64,000 nucleotides of DNA, from the NCBI GenBank assembly GCA_965202585.1, contig OZ241832.1:51150001-51214000 (forward strand), in the 5' to 3' direction. This document shows positions 23,645-37,593 of the stretch, in pieces. This stretch comes from Thalia democratica. Taxonomy: Eukaryota. Under the pieces are notes generated by a model. That model was not told where the DNA came from. It ran no database searches and worked only from the letters and a program-made list of their open reading frames with translations. The position numbers and the translations under genes are program-made. Numbering within the stretch: the stretch's first letter is position 1; each line of letters begins with the position of its first letter.

Positions 23645-26600
23645 ATGTACATAAGGCTCATAATTTTATTTTAATTTAGAAAAAAAACGTATTAAAGTGT
23701 TTCGAACATAAATTTTTCTAATTTTTTCTCCAAATACAAACAACATAATTTTATTTTAAATTTAAACGAACATCTTGACATCAAAAACTGCTCTAAGCAA
23801 AAACGAAAACAATTTGCTAAAAAAGTGTTTTAAAAGAAAATTTACATAAAGCAAAATGTTTACTTAACAAATGAATTGAAAACAGTTCTAAGTACTGAAG
23901 AATTTTCAATTTGTGCTTTATTTGTTCGGCGATTTTCTCAGTCAAGTCTGGCAACTGTTGTGGTCATTCAATGTTACATGAATTGAAAAATACGCACGTA
24001 ATCAGTGTTTATTCGGCATATAAAACTTCAGAGATGTTGGTTTTTGCCCTTCGCAAACTTTTAAAAAATTATAATACAGGATATAACAACTCTTAAAGAT
24101 TTACAAAACCATATCTTTTTGTAAATGATTTTTTAGTGTTAAGTAAGTTTTTGTTCATATTTAACTTGTTTAATATGTTTTTTAAGCACAGTTTTAGAAT
24201 ACTCTTCAAAATAAAAAAAACTGTTAATTTTAACTTAGATTAATCATTACTTTATGCAAATAACTTTTTAGATATATTTTGCTTCAATGTTTAAATAGTT
24301 AAAATGCTTTGTATGACAAACAGTAATTTTAGATAGAAACAGTTTTTAAATACACTATGAGCAATATGTATATTTAATACATATTTTTGTAACTTGTGTT
24401 ACAATATTTATTCAATTTCTTTTATTATTCTAAAATATTTTGAGCAAAGTGTACAAACTGTACTTATTGTTTTACAATGTACAAACCTTTGCTTAGTTAG
24501 TACAAGTTTGTGATAGTATAAGCTTACTTTCTTATTTAAGTGATTTTTTCTAACAAACAAATTTTTTTGTTCCATAAAAAAAAGACAAGCTTGAAAAACG
24601 TTTTTGAGCAATCTTTAATGCTAAAGATAAAAAATTCTTTTTGTTTTCGCAGCTTTTAATTTTCAACAGATATACCTTTAATATTTTGAAAATTAAATTA
24701 CAATTAATTGTTGGATATAAACTTTTTAAGCTTGAAAAATATGAATTAAATAATCATAATTTTCTACTTTGTTTTAGCAAGTTTACAATTTGTTACCCGC
24801 TATAACAAAAAATACTCTTGCTTATTGACGTAATTTTAGTAACCATGAAAGTCGACAATAGAATTAATATACACAGCTACTTCAAAGAACTAAAATATAA
24901 TCGTAGAGCTTCTGTAGAAGTATGTTTAAGACTCGAGCTTAACAATAATGTTTCTTTAGGATAGACAGCTATGTTTCAACCGAGTATAAGTTTTTTATAA
25001 ATGTAAGTAAACAGTAGAAACGTTCTAGGTAAGTTATTTATAGTTTTAGAAAATTGTAACGCTGGTTTATACTTTTAATAAAGAAATGAGTTTATACTTT
25101 AATTTTTAAGTATACAACTACTAACAAAGTTAAATGCTAGTACTTCAACAAACGTTTTCAAAAAATTGTTTCAAAACTATAATTTTTAATCAACTAAGTT
25201 GCTTTGCTTGTGTTTTGGTTATATATAAAAGTTAAAAAATTCAGTTAAGACTTTAAACTTGATAGTTTTGAAACATTTAGTATTAACGAAGTATGCGAAA
25301 GTTTTACTTTATTTTTTATTATATATAAAAAAGAACTTAAAAGTTTGTTAAAAAAGAAATTCTTCGAGTCTAACGAATATAAAACTTTCTAAAATAACTA
25401 AAAAAAACAAATAAGTATCTATTTAAACGATTACTTTGACTTCAAAAGTTGTTTAAAAAAATCAAAAACAATTTTCTTGAAATTGTTCCTAAATAAGTGT
25501 TTTCAAATACATACGGCGAGGTGTTTACTTCACGAGTGAATAGTTATGAATACCAAAAATATTTGCTCAATTTCAAATTTCTTTCTTTATTTGCTCGGCT
25601 ATTTCTCATATGATTGTGGCAACTATTGTTTGTAATAAATGTTTTAAAAATGCGTGCGTGAAAAGTTGTTTGCAATTTTTTAACGGTTTATATTTTCCTG
25701 ATTTTCCCAGGACCACCTTGTCTTTTAAGAACAGAAAGAATCGGAAATTAAAATAAACAATAAAGAATACTTTAAGATTTTAAAGTATTCAGGAAAACAA
25801 CTCTTAAATTAAGAAAAGTTATCTTGTATGTAAATGTTTTAATTTTCTGTAGATATGCTTTAAACATTAAGTAAATTGTAATTTAAACTTAGCTAATTTT
25901 ATAGTTTAAGCTTTTACTAAAAGGATTTTGTAATGTTTTTCAAATTAAAAAGAAGTTATAGGTTTAGGACAAATTAACTAATGTTCTATGCCAATAAATG
26001 CTTACTTGTCTCATGATAAAAAAAAATTCTGAATAGTAGTTAATTATCAATTGAAAAAATTACTTAAAACAAGTTCATATTTTAGTAAATTGTGATATGG
26101 AATTTTTTTTACTCTTTTTAATCTAGTAAAGTAATTTGAATAAAGCGTTTAAGTTATATATATTTTTGTGTATAAGTTTGCTTTTCGGAAGAAAAAGTTA
26201 AACAGAATTAGCCTAAATTAGCACGGATTTTTATTATGAAAATAGTTTCATTATTTATTTTTAATGAACTAACTTACTCAACATAAAAGTAAAAAATATG
26301 TAAACTTGAAGTTTCTACCTATTTCCAATTTTTTTTTTTTTACATTTTTGTTGAAAATAATTTAAGTCATTTTGTGTTCATAGTTCAACATTTTATTCGA
26401 GTTGATATTGTTTGAACAATTAAAATGGCAATTAACAGTTGTTTTAACAAATTTATAGTTTTTTTTAGGATGTAGTTAAACATATCTGCACTTTTAGTTG
26501 TTTAAATATTTTACTTTTTCATCGTTTGTACCTTATGTTTTAGTGAAAAGTAGTTTGTTTTCTCCCTTTGTTGTTTAAAGTTATTTTGAAAATAAAACAC

Positions 26601-26943
26601 ATATAGCTATAATCTCACACATAATTCGTTAGGAATCTTTTGCTAATATAAGCAATTCAAATTAAAAACAATTTTTTTAAAGATTTTGATGAAAAAAGAA
26701 TGTTTCATATTAGCGAAAAATTAAGTTACGTTTTTAATTTGATAATAATTTCAACCCACAGCGAGTTTAAGTTATATAGAGGTATTAGTTAGTTTTACTC
26801 CAAGATAACTTAGTTATTAAAATCTAAAACGGAAAACTTTTCTTTTAAAAAGCCGAAAAAATTTAAAATACTTTTAAAAAATCCAAAGACAAAGTTCCTT
26901 TACTAAGTTTTAATAATACTTCTAATACGTTTTTCCTGGGCAT

Positions 26944-27056
26944 GTCCTGGACAAGACGTTAAAAGGTATCTGTGGTGTGCCACTCAATGACCGAAACGTT
27001 CTTCGTACACCAGGTCCTAGGACCAAATATTTTGAGCACTTTTTTGTCATTCAATA
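26944..27056 (+). repeat. SINE-like dispersed repeat copy
   Basis: GTCCTGGACAAGACGTTAAA...GTGGTGTG..ACTCAATGACCGAAA...GTACACCAGGTCCTAGGACC...TTTGAGCAC...GTCATTCAAT. Confidence 0.6.
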
Positions 27057-27319
27057 TGCTGGAACTTCAAATTGAATAAAAAGTTTTTGATTTAAATTGT
27101 AAGTTGTTATAAGGTAAAAGTTTTAAAGTTAATAGAAATTTTGTTTTTGTTGTTTAAAACTATTAAAAGTGTGTTGTATTTTGTAAAACTACTAGTTCGA
27201 TTTTTACGCCAATTATTTTTAAGAAGCTTAGTAAGTTTATATACAACAAACAAGAATAAAAATTAGTTGTACTAATAGGTCAAACATTTATTTTTTGTCG
27301 GCTTTTTTAAATTTAAACC

Positions 27320-27590
27320 GAAAATGTCATATATACAAAGCAAGACGAATCGTTTAAGATGTTTTTGTTTAAATTGAATAAGAATCGTAAGCTCCGTTAA
27401 ATTTTTAAAAAACTTGGTTGCTTTATATAGAATAAATAAGAATAAAAAATAGTTTAACTATTAAGTCAGAATAAAAAAATGACGGTTTTTATTAATCTAA
27501 TCTAAAAATGTTATATCTACAAAGCAAGACGAATCATTTGAGATGTTTTTGTCTATATTGAATAAGAATTGTAAGCTCTATTAGTTTTTT
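27320..27590 (+). repeat. Two imperfect tandem units (~185-bp period); also at ~37870-38110
   Basis: CAAAGCAAGACGAATC.TTT.AGATGTTTTTGT...ATTGAATAAGAAT.GTAAGCTC occurs twice. Confidence 0.7.
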
Positions 27591-30500
27591 TACGAAAACG
27601 TGTTTATAACGAATAAGTGTTAAAAAACGCAAATACCTGATTTTTAGTAACTGGCTTACTTTTTTTTAGTATCAGATAACCCAGTAAAAAAATTATAAGA
27701 TGTTTGATTCTAAAAACTAAATTTATTTATGTTAGAAAGTACAAAATGGGTATACAGACTTTTAAACTATTAATTATATAATAGTTTAAGTAAACAAAGG
27801 CTTTTATAAAATTTATGTGTTCTTTAGTTTAGAAGCATTTTTAGTTTACTAATTCGTCACACTTTGAAGAGTATAAGTTTTAATAAAAAGAATAAAAGTA
27901 TATACAAATCGAAATAGTTTTTACCGACTTTAGAAATTATAAAGCAATTTCAAATAAATGTTATATTAGTCTCAGAGGGGAATTAAAAAAGTTTTTTTTT
28001 TTTGCATTTCACTTCAAACCTCAGAATATCTAGTGTAAGTTATACCTTTCATGGGCCGTATTCCATTAAAATTAAATAACATAATCACGGATTGCTTTTT
28101 TACCCTTCGTAGGTCGCAGTTTGCCGACTATTGTATTAAATCGAATTTCCTAATTATTATCCGAATTACTTACAAATACTATTAGTTAATATTTTTAAAC
28201 TATTCAACTTGATTTGTTTAATTTCTTACAAAAAGGGATGAAGTAATTGAGCTACTCTAAAAACGATTGTTATCAAGTTTTGTAAATGTAAAGTTGCTTT
28301 AAAACAGCGTTTCCTGAAACGGGCGACATTGTAATATCGCCCCATTTTAAGAAATTTAGTGAGTCGGGGCGGCGACTTTGAAACCTTTTGCAGATAAAGT
28401 ATTGTAATTAAAGTAAACTTACACTTCCTATTACAGGGGTTTGTAATGGAGAGTAAAACCAAAAGCCTGCGGATTCCAGAATAAAGGGGGAAGGTTATAT
28501 TTAAGTTTACTACAAAAGGAATAACTATTAAAGCAAGTTTGGGAAGTCTTACTTTATAAGATTAGTTTAAAAGCTTAAACATGTTTATAACTATTTCTAT
28601 ATCAAGTTAATGCGTATCAAAAATAAGTATTTCACATCAAAGCTATATTTTGTTTTTATTAAATACTAAATATATGAATATATACTAATAAGTAAATTAT
28701 ACATAGGAGCAAAAAGCAGAAAAAGTAACTTTTTGTTTTAAATAGAATAAGCCAATTATTGTTCGATATATATTTCTCTTTTCAAATTAAGCCATGTATA
28801 AAATTATTATTAGTTATCTTAGTTAAGATTAACGTATTAAAGGTAGTTTTGTTTACTTTTGTAGTTAATAGAAGGTTGTATAAAAAGTTTTACCAAATTA
28901 AAGTACATTTTTGTGTTAGTTGACATTGTAGTTTATAATAAAGTAGTTTTTGATTAAAGTTAAAATAAGAATTATATAACCATATGTATAATTTAAGTGC
29001 TAAAGAACTATTTGCTAGTTGCTGCATAAATTATAAACTTGTATAAAACCAACAGTCTATTTAAATGAGTAAGTTTAAAATCTATACAAAACATATAAAA
29101 ATAAATTCTTACAAAACAATCTAAACAAAAGCATATGTAAAAATATACAAAAAACCTTTATGCAAAATCAAAAGAAAACTTTTCAAAAAGCTAGATTAAA
29201 AACAGGAAACTACTTTTTGTTGTAGCTAATAAACAATTTATTTATTTTAATTAATGGCTTAACATTTTTTTAACATAAGTACTGAAATTTACTACTCAAT
29301 TATTAAATTTTTATATTGTGGCGGCTCATCGGTAACTTTTTCTGGTTGATAAGCACCATTAACATTAGAATTTGGAACCATTATATTTGACTTTGAAACC
29401 ATTTCATTACCGTTAGCAAATATTTGAATAACAATTGGCTGATTTCCGAAACTTGGTTGAACTACAATTTGTTGGTTCGGTTGAACAACTGAGTTTCCTA
29501 AAAGTTCATATTTTCAATCATAAAACATATTATTTAAAATGTAAAGATATTTTGAACAAAGATGTTATAGTGTAATAGTTTTGCAAAAAAAAAGCAAGAT
29601 CAAATTTGAGTTTTTAAAGAAATAAATTTGTTTTTATAAATTAATAGTTTCGATAAAAAAACGCTGGTTCTTTAATTAACACTACACTTTTAATCGTAAA
29701 CTTATCAAGCTTCTTTATTTAATTTTGCTTTAATTACATTTGATCAAAATTTAAAATCAGATACAGATTAACGGATAATAAAAATAAATCGAACCTGGTT
29801 GAGCGTTTCCTGATTGCACAATCACAATTTTTTTAGTATACTCCTGCGAAAATATATTATCAAAATTAGTTTAAACTACAAACCTACTTATGATTGTTCA
29901 ATGAGCAAAAAAGCTAGACGTTCAAGTAGAAAACAAACTTAACTCTTTTAGAGACTATAGTTATTTTCAAATTAGAATTAATTGATGTAACAAACAAGTT
30001 AACACTTATCTATAAACTAACGTTTTCACCAAAGAATTCACAACGCTTGAACCCAAACACACTCAAACCGACGAGTAGTAAAAACATTGCAGAAGCACAT
30101 ATTGAAACGAAAATTCCCAGACCATAACTGAAGTCACCAGGATATTCCATCTGGATAGACAATTACGAAAGTATAAAAATGTTTAAATGATAATTTTTAA
30201 CTATTAATTTATTTTATTGTTATCTGTACCAAAAAAATTACTTCTAGTTTTAGTTAGTAACTTAGAGCTTCTATCGGTAAGTTTTTTTATAAAAAGCAAA
30301 ACTTTTAACTTTATTTATACTGCAACTGTAAACGTTTTAATCATTGCAACTGTATGAAAATGTAATTACATTATGCTTCCGCTAGAATTCACACTGCCAG
30401 TTAAAACTACAGTTTTGTTTAAAATACTTTATTAAAATAAATTTTTTATAAGCAGTAAAATTTAAAAAATTGTTCTTCGATATTTTCAATCTACAACTAT

Positions 30501-30745
30501 GTTAAAAAAATATAATTAGTTAGGAATTAAAATAAATAAAAGTTATTGTACTAGTAATGGCAAAAATGATGGAAATTAAAAAATACAACGTGCAAGTTCT
30601 AAATGTTTAAAACGCTCACTCAAATTAAAAAAAAAAAGTTTTAGTTAAATTAAGTTTTTAATAAAATTACACATGATCAAAAAGTACTTACGGCTGTAAG
30701 TTTTGAGTTGGTGACGATAAATGTGAATGACATAATAGCCCCGAC

Positions 30746-30868
30746 CAGACATGTTAAAAAGCTCTGCTTTGTTTACTCAAGCGTGAAATTACTAACTTAA
30801 AACAAACCAAAGTTTATACGCTTCATTGCTGAATTACCATAGTAACTATTAGCATTTTACCAACTCTG
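30746..30868. mobile_element. hAT-type MITE (123 bp) inserted in exon 4 of the B-copy gene
   Basis: Perfect 8-bp TSD GCCCCGAC (30738-30745 and 30869-30876), present once at the empty site in copy A (20645-20652); TIRs CAGACATGTTAAAA / (rc) CAGAGTTGGTAAAA (11/14). Confidence 0.85.
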
Positions 30869-31967
30869 GCCCCGACTACACTGAAGACCACAAAAACTAT
30901 GTTCTAAAAATAAATTTTGTTTTTATATGAAGTTTTTCAAAGCTAAATTTCAATCAATTAGGTACGAGTACATAAAATGTCATTTCAATAACTTTATACA
31001 AATAGTAGAAAAACAAAGTTTTTAGTTTCATAGTTTTTATAACAAAACTACCAAAGTTTTTCTTTTAAAATGTTTTACTGCCTATGCATCAAACAAAAAC
31101 TGTAAATACTAAATTCGTTTGATTATTTCAAAAGACAAAAAATAGACTTTAAATTTTTGTTTTATTGCTTTCTGTTAATACATTCATAAATTTTTAACTT
31201 TTTTTCTTTTCAAATATAATAGTAAGCAACTAGCTAAAAAGCTCAAAACTTTTAAATATTATGTTATTTTGTGTTTTATTAGAACCTAGTTATAAAGTAT
31301 AAATGCATTTAAACAAATTCAATTTGTTTTATTTTTGAATAATTAAATAGTTTTAGTACAGAAACAGGTGTTGTTAGATACTTTAAACAGTTTACAGTTT
31401 GTGAAAATTAAAAAAAAAAAACAGCAAAAATGTTTGAAAAACTACTTTAGGGCAAACTTAAACTATACAATACTTTTCTAACAATTAGCCAAAAAAATAA
31501 TATGTTGTTTATTTAGTTATTTTTTACATATAAAGTTAACTAACGAATAATTTAGATTTTGAATTTGACTTTAGTGAAACTCCTAGTACTCCAGCTACGA
31601 ATGGCTGAAAAGTATTTTTCTTTTAAACAAATCAGTTTGGCAAATAAATTTTATTATGTTATGTTATTTCAATAGAATAACACTTTTATAACAGTGATAC
31701 ATAAAAAAGTGATCAAAGTTTGTTTATTTTTTTAAGCTTTGCTATCGAAATTCGTTAAAATACTTTATAAGACATAAAAATTATCTAAAGACGAAAATTT
31801 AGTTCAAAATAACCATAAAATATAAACAGCTAATTCTATTCCACTATGTCCTATAACAAAGTTAACATTGTTTTTTTTGTAGAAGCCTTATCATGACAAT
31901 TAGTATTTATTTTTTTAAACTATAAGTTACTAAGCCGTACATTATAACTATTACAACTAGTGTATTC

Positions 31968-32574
31968 GGGAACGGGTCAAAATAGCACAAAGACAAAATT
32001 GCTGAGGAGACATATTTGCATGAAGACAAATTTTCTCGAGGGGACATAATTGCAGGAAGACAATTTTGCACCAAGGGTCAATTTTCTACGGTGGGTCATG
32101 TTTGCACGAAGTAAAAAAAAACAGGAAAATAGATAAATAAATAAAAAATAAAAGTTAATAATAAAAAGACCAAAGATAAAAAGATGTTACCGACCGATGG
32201 TAAGGGTCAGGGGTAACAGTTATATTTAAAATATAAATAAAAAATAAACATTAAAGTTTATTTTTTAAAAAGAAATACAATAAAAAAACTAAATAAAAAT
32301 AAGTTTATTAGAAAAAAAGAAAAAAATGCTACCAACCGAGGGTAAGGGTTAAGGGTAACCGTGATAGTAGATACAAAATAAATAAAATGTTAAAAATATT
32401 AAAAAAATTTCAACCCGTGCAAAAATGTCTTTCTGTAAAATTGACCCTCCGTGCAAAATTCTCATTCGTGTAAAATTGACCCTTCGTAGAAAAGTAACTT
32501 TATGCAATTTTTAATTCGCGCAATTTTGTCTCCTCGTGCATTTTTGTCCGCTCGTGCAAATTTGACACCTACCC
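31968..32574. mobile_element. MULE/MuDR-type MITE, B copy
   Basis: Near-identical to 21741-22347, with the same flanks. Confidence 0.7.
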
Positions 32575-33034
32575 AGTTTATTTATATATTTATCTAGATA
32601 GATTTGTAAAACTATACTATAAGATTTAATTGATGTATAAAGGCGACAACTTAATTTTATTGAAAAATTAAAAAACAACTAACCAATGGTGGGCACCAGA
32701 CACCTTGCATATACGTATAGTAACTAATAGAGCAACTTATAATGCCGCAAATGAAGCTGACACCTGAAATAAAAACAACTCAAACCTGCAAAAACAAAAA
32801 CAGATTCAAAACTCAAAGTTGTTTACTTTACCGGAAAACTTACACTTAGACGTAGAATCATTTTCAAGTATTTTTCATCTTTGTTTGTTGCAACGCTTTC
32901 TATACTTTGCAAAGGAGTTTGAACTTCAGGTTGTTGAACTAAAGGTTTTTGGTCTTTTTGGTTTTCCGTCATTTTTTTAGAAACTCTTAACGCTGATTTA
33001 TAATCATTTTTGTTTAAGTAAAATTTTGTTAATA

Positions 33035-33817
33035 CAGTAGACTACCGCTTAAGTACGCAAATTGAACCCGACCAAAAAGTGCGTACTTAGCACGGTTAGT
33101 GCGTACTTTTCGACGGCATAGTATAGTATGAAATTTAGTTGTTTGTTTTCTTTCTTACAACTAGCCTTCAAATAATTAAGCCAAATAAACAAGTCTTTTT
33201 ATTTTAAATAACATTTAATACATAATTCTAATCTGCAAATTTTTTTATTAGATTTTAAAATGATTTATTTTTTCTATAAAAAGTTTCTAAATAATTAATA
33301 CATATATTTAATATAAAAAATCAATGTCAGTCAAAGATATAAAAAAGAATATTAAGCCATATTTTCCATATTTTGTTTTGTTAGACGAAAAGTATCAAAC
33401 TACATTGTGTTTACCAAACATTTTTAAAACATCAATGTCTGTACATTTAAATTAAATTATGACTTAACTATGTTGTAATTGTAGGTTTTTTTAACTTTGT
33501 CATCTAGATTTATTTATTTTATTGCATTACAGCTCAAATATCATTATTCTTTTCACTTTTCTGCAACTTCTACATGAGTATTTAGTTTATTAACATTTAA
33601 TAACAGGACTGTGACAATCTCAGGCCACTTAGACTACTCAGGAGTACTCACCCTAGTTTAAAAGTTTTGAATGTCTCAGGCTAACTCAGCAGGTTGGCCA
33701 CTCTACCTGGAAACATAAAATAATCAAAATTTAGATTTTTTTTGTCTTTCTGGATAAGTGCGTACTTAAGGCGGGGTGCGTACCAAAAAAAGTGCGTACT
33801 TAAGTGGTAGTGTACTG
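33035..33817. mobile_element. Tc1/mariner-pogo type MITE (783 bp)
   Basis: TA duplication relative to the empty site in copy A (~22806); 25-bp TIRs CAGTAGACTACCGCTTAAGTACGCA / (rc) CAGTACACTACCACTTAAGTACGCA (23/25); subterminal GTGCGTACTT repeats; contains a hAT-family remnant at ~33615-33715. Confidence 0.9.
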
Positions 33818-36800
33818 TACTTATTTCTAACATTAAAAAGTTTATACTAATAGTATAAGTAATTAATTTTAAAAATGATATATTTTAATATTGTTATTTT
33901 AGGTATTTTTTATCAACTAATTTGTCGATACTTATGATTGTAACTTTGATTATATATAAACGTAAAAACTTATAGTTAGGTATTTAAAATTGATAACAAT
34001 GAATCAACTGTAAATATATATGTATATTTATTTATTTATTAAAGAACAAAATGAAGTTTTGAATTGTTTCTGTTTCATTTATACAGTTGTTTCATTCTTA
34101 TCAATTTTAAATACCTATCTATAAGTTTTTACATATGTATGTATATGTACATAAGGCTCATAATTTTATTTTAATTTAGAAAATAAAACGTATTAAAGTG
34201 TTTGGAACATAAATTTTTCTAATTTTTTCTCCAAATACAAACAACATAATTTTATTTTAAAGTTAAACGAACATCTTGACTTCAAAAACTGCTCTAAGCA
34301 AAAACGAAAACAATTTGCTAAAATAGTGTTTTTAAAAGAAAATTTACATAAAGAAAAATGTTTACTTAACAAATGAACTGAAAACAGTTCAAGTACTGAA
34401 GAGTTTTCAATTTATGCTTTATTTGTTCGGCGATTTTCTCAGTCAAGTCTGGCAACTGTTGTGGTCATTCAATGTTACATGAATTGAAAAATACGCACGT
34501 AATCAGTGTTTATTTGGCATATAAAATTTCAGAGATGTTGGTTTTTGCCCTTCGCAAACTTTTAAAAAATTATAATACAGGATATAACAACTCTTAAAGA
34601 TTTACAAAACCATATCTTTTTGTAAATGATTTTTCAATGTTAGTAAGTTTTTGTTCATACTTGACTTGTTTAATATTTTTTTAAGCACAATTTTAGAATA
34701 TTCTATAAAATAAAAAAAACTGTTAATTTTAACTTAGATTAATCATTACTTTATGCAAATAACTTTTTAGATATATTTTGCTTCAAAGTTTTAATAGTTA
34801 AATTGCTTTGTATAACAAACAGTAGTTTTAGATATAAACAGTTTTTTAGATACACTGTGAGCAATGTGTATATTTAATACATATTTTTATAACTTGTGTT
34901 ACAAAATTTATTCAATTTCTTTTTTTATTCTAAAATATTTTGAGCAAAGTGTACAAACTGTACACATTTGTTTTACAATGTACAAACCATTGTTTAGTTA
35001 GTACAAGTTTGTGAAAGTATAAGCTTATTTTCTTATTTAATAAATTTTTTCTAACAAACAAGTTTTTTTGTTCTATAAAAAAAAGACAAGCTTGAAAAAC
35101 GTTTTTGAGTTTTTAATTTTATATTCCGTTCAATCTTTAACGCTAAAGATAAAAAATTCTTTATGTTTTCGCATTTTTTTATTTTCAACAGATATACCTT
35201 TAAAATTTTGAAAAATAAATTACAATTAATTGTTGGATATAAACTTTTTAAGTTTGAAAAATATGAATTAAATAATCATAATTTTCTACTTTTTTTTAGC
35301 AAGTTTACAATTTTTTACCCGCTATAACATGAAATACTCTTGCTTATTGACGTAATTTTAGTAACCATGAAAGTCGATAATAGAATTAATATACACAGCT
35401 ACTTCAAAGAACTAAAATATAACCGTAGAGCTTCTGTAGAAGTATGTTTAAGGCACGAGCTTAACAATAATGTTTCTTTAGGATAGACAGCTATATTTCA
35501 ACCGAATATAAGTTTTTTATAAATGTAAGTAAACAGTAGAAACTTTCTAGGTAAGTTATTTATAGTTTTAGAAAACTGTAACGCTGGTTTATACTTTTGA
35601 TAAAGAAATGAGTTTATACTTTAATTTTTAAGTATACAACTATTAACAAAGTTAAATGCTAGTACTTCAACAAACGTTTTCAAAAAATTGTTTCAAAACT
35701 ATAATTTTTAATCAACTAAGTTGCTTTGCTTGTGTTTTGGTTATATATAAAAGTTAAAAAATTCAGTTAAGACTTTAAACTTGATAGTTTTGAAACATTT
35801 AGTATTAACGAAGTATGCGAAAGTTTTACTTTATTTTTTATTATATATAAAAAAGAACTTAAAAGTTTGTTAAAAAAAAACATACTACGAGTCAAACGAA
35901 TATAAAACTTTCTAAAATAACTAATTCTTATAAATAAAATAAAAAACAAATAAGTATCTATTTAAACGATTACTTTGACTTCAAAAGTTGTTTAAAAAAA
36001 TCAAAAACAATTTTCTTGAAATTGTTCCTAAATAAATGTTTTCAAATACATACAACGAGGTGTTTACTTCACGAGTGAATAGTTCTGAATACCAAAAATA
36101 TTTGCTCAATTTCAAATTTCTTTCTTTATTTGCTCGGCTATTTCTCATATAATTGTGGCAACTATTGTTTGTAATGAATGTTTTTTAAATGCGTACGTCA
36201 AGAACTGTTTGTATTTTTTTAATGGTTTATATTTTCCTGATTTTCCCAGGAACACCTTGTCTTTTAAGAACAGAAAGAATCGGAAATTAAAATAAACATT
36301 TAAGAATACTTTAAGATTTTAAAGTATTCAGGAAAACAACTCTTAGCCATTAAGAAAAATTGTCTTGTATGTAAATGTTTTAATTTCGTGTAAATATGCT
36401 TTAAAAATTAAGTAAGTTCTAATTTAAACTTAGCTAATTTTATAACTTAAGTTTTTACTAGCCGAAATTTACAACATTTTCAAGTTAAAGGGAATTTTTA
36501 AAGAAAGTTAGGACAGATCAATCATAGTTTTATACCAATAAATGTAGTTACTTGTCACATGATTTTTTTTTGAATCGTAGTTAATTATCAATTGAAAAAA
36601 TTACTCAAAACAAGTTTTTATTTTAGTAACATGTGTAATTTGTTTTACTCTTTTTAATCTAGTAAAGTAATTTGAACAAAGCGTATAAGCTACAATTTTT
36701 TACGTGTATAAGTTTTAAAGTAATCTATAAGTTTGTTTTCAAATAAAAATAAATAAACTGAATTAACCTAAATTAGCACGGACTTGTATAATGAAAATAT

Positions 36801-37481
36801 TTTTTTTACTTGTTACAATGAACTAATTTAGTCAACAAAAAAATAAAAATATTATAAACTTGAAGTTTCTCCCTATTTCTAATTTTTTTAAAACATTTTT
36901 GTTGAAAATAATTTTATTTATTTTGTATTCGTAGTTAAAGATTTTATTCGAATTGATATTATTTGGAAAATTAAAATAGAAATTAATAGTTGTTTTAACA
37001 TATTTAAAGTTTTAGTAGCATGTAGTTAAACATACCTGCACTTTTAGTTTTTTTGTTTAAATTTTGTACTTTTTCTTCGTTTGTACCTTATGTTTTAGTG
37101 AAAAGTAGTTTGCTATCTCATTTGTTGTTTAGAATTGTTTTAAAAATAAAACACATATAGCTATAATCTCTTACTTATTTCGTTAGGGATCTTCTTGCTA
37201 ATATAAGCAACTCAAATTTAAAAAAAAAGTTTAAGATATTTCGTGGAAAAAGATTGTTTCATATTAGCAAAAAAGTTTACCTTTTTAAATTGATAATGAA
37301 TTTAACCCACACGAGTTTAATTTATATAGAGGTGTTTATCAGTTTTACTGCGAAATGACTTAGTTATTAAAATCTACAACGGATAACTTATCTTTTAAAA
37401 AGCCGAAAAAGTTGAAATACTTTTAAAAAATCCAAGGGAAAGTTTCTTCACTAAGTTTTAATAATATTTCTATTACATTTT

Positions 37482-37593
37482 TCCTGGACAAGACGTTAAA
37501 AAGTATATGTGGTGTGCCACTCAATGACCGAAACGCTCTTCGTACACCAGGTCCTAGGACCAAATATTTTGAGCACTTTTTTGTCATTCAATA
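37482..37593 (+). repeat. SINE-like dispersed repeat copy (duplicate of 26944)
   Basis: Same consensus. Confidence 0.6.

Larger units (their letters stand above)
17911..27991 (+). repeat. Tandem segmental duplication, copy A (~10.1 kb)
   Basis: Colinear with 27992-38529 from TTTTGCATTT.ACTTCAAAC to TATTAGTCTCAGAGGG.AATTAAAAAAG. Confidence 0.95.
29292..32972 (-). pseudogene. Disrupted duplicate of the MS4A/CD20-like gene
   Basis: Exons 32844-32972, 32684-32785, 31545-31604, 30692-30903, 30022-30150, 29795-29843, 29292-29497. Exon 2 codon 2 is TGG>TGA (32780-32782); exon 4 carries a 131-nt insertion with an in-frame stop. Confidence 0.85.

Noticed and set aside
23890-25640. Similar ~65-bp segments at ~23900 and ~25570 (and B equivalents) as coding exons
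   Set aside because: Stops differ between the two segments in all frames; more likely an old local repeat.
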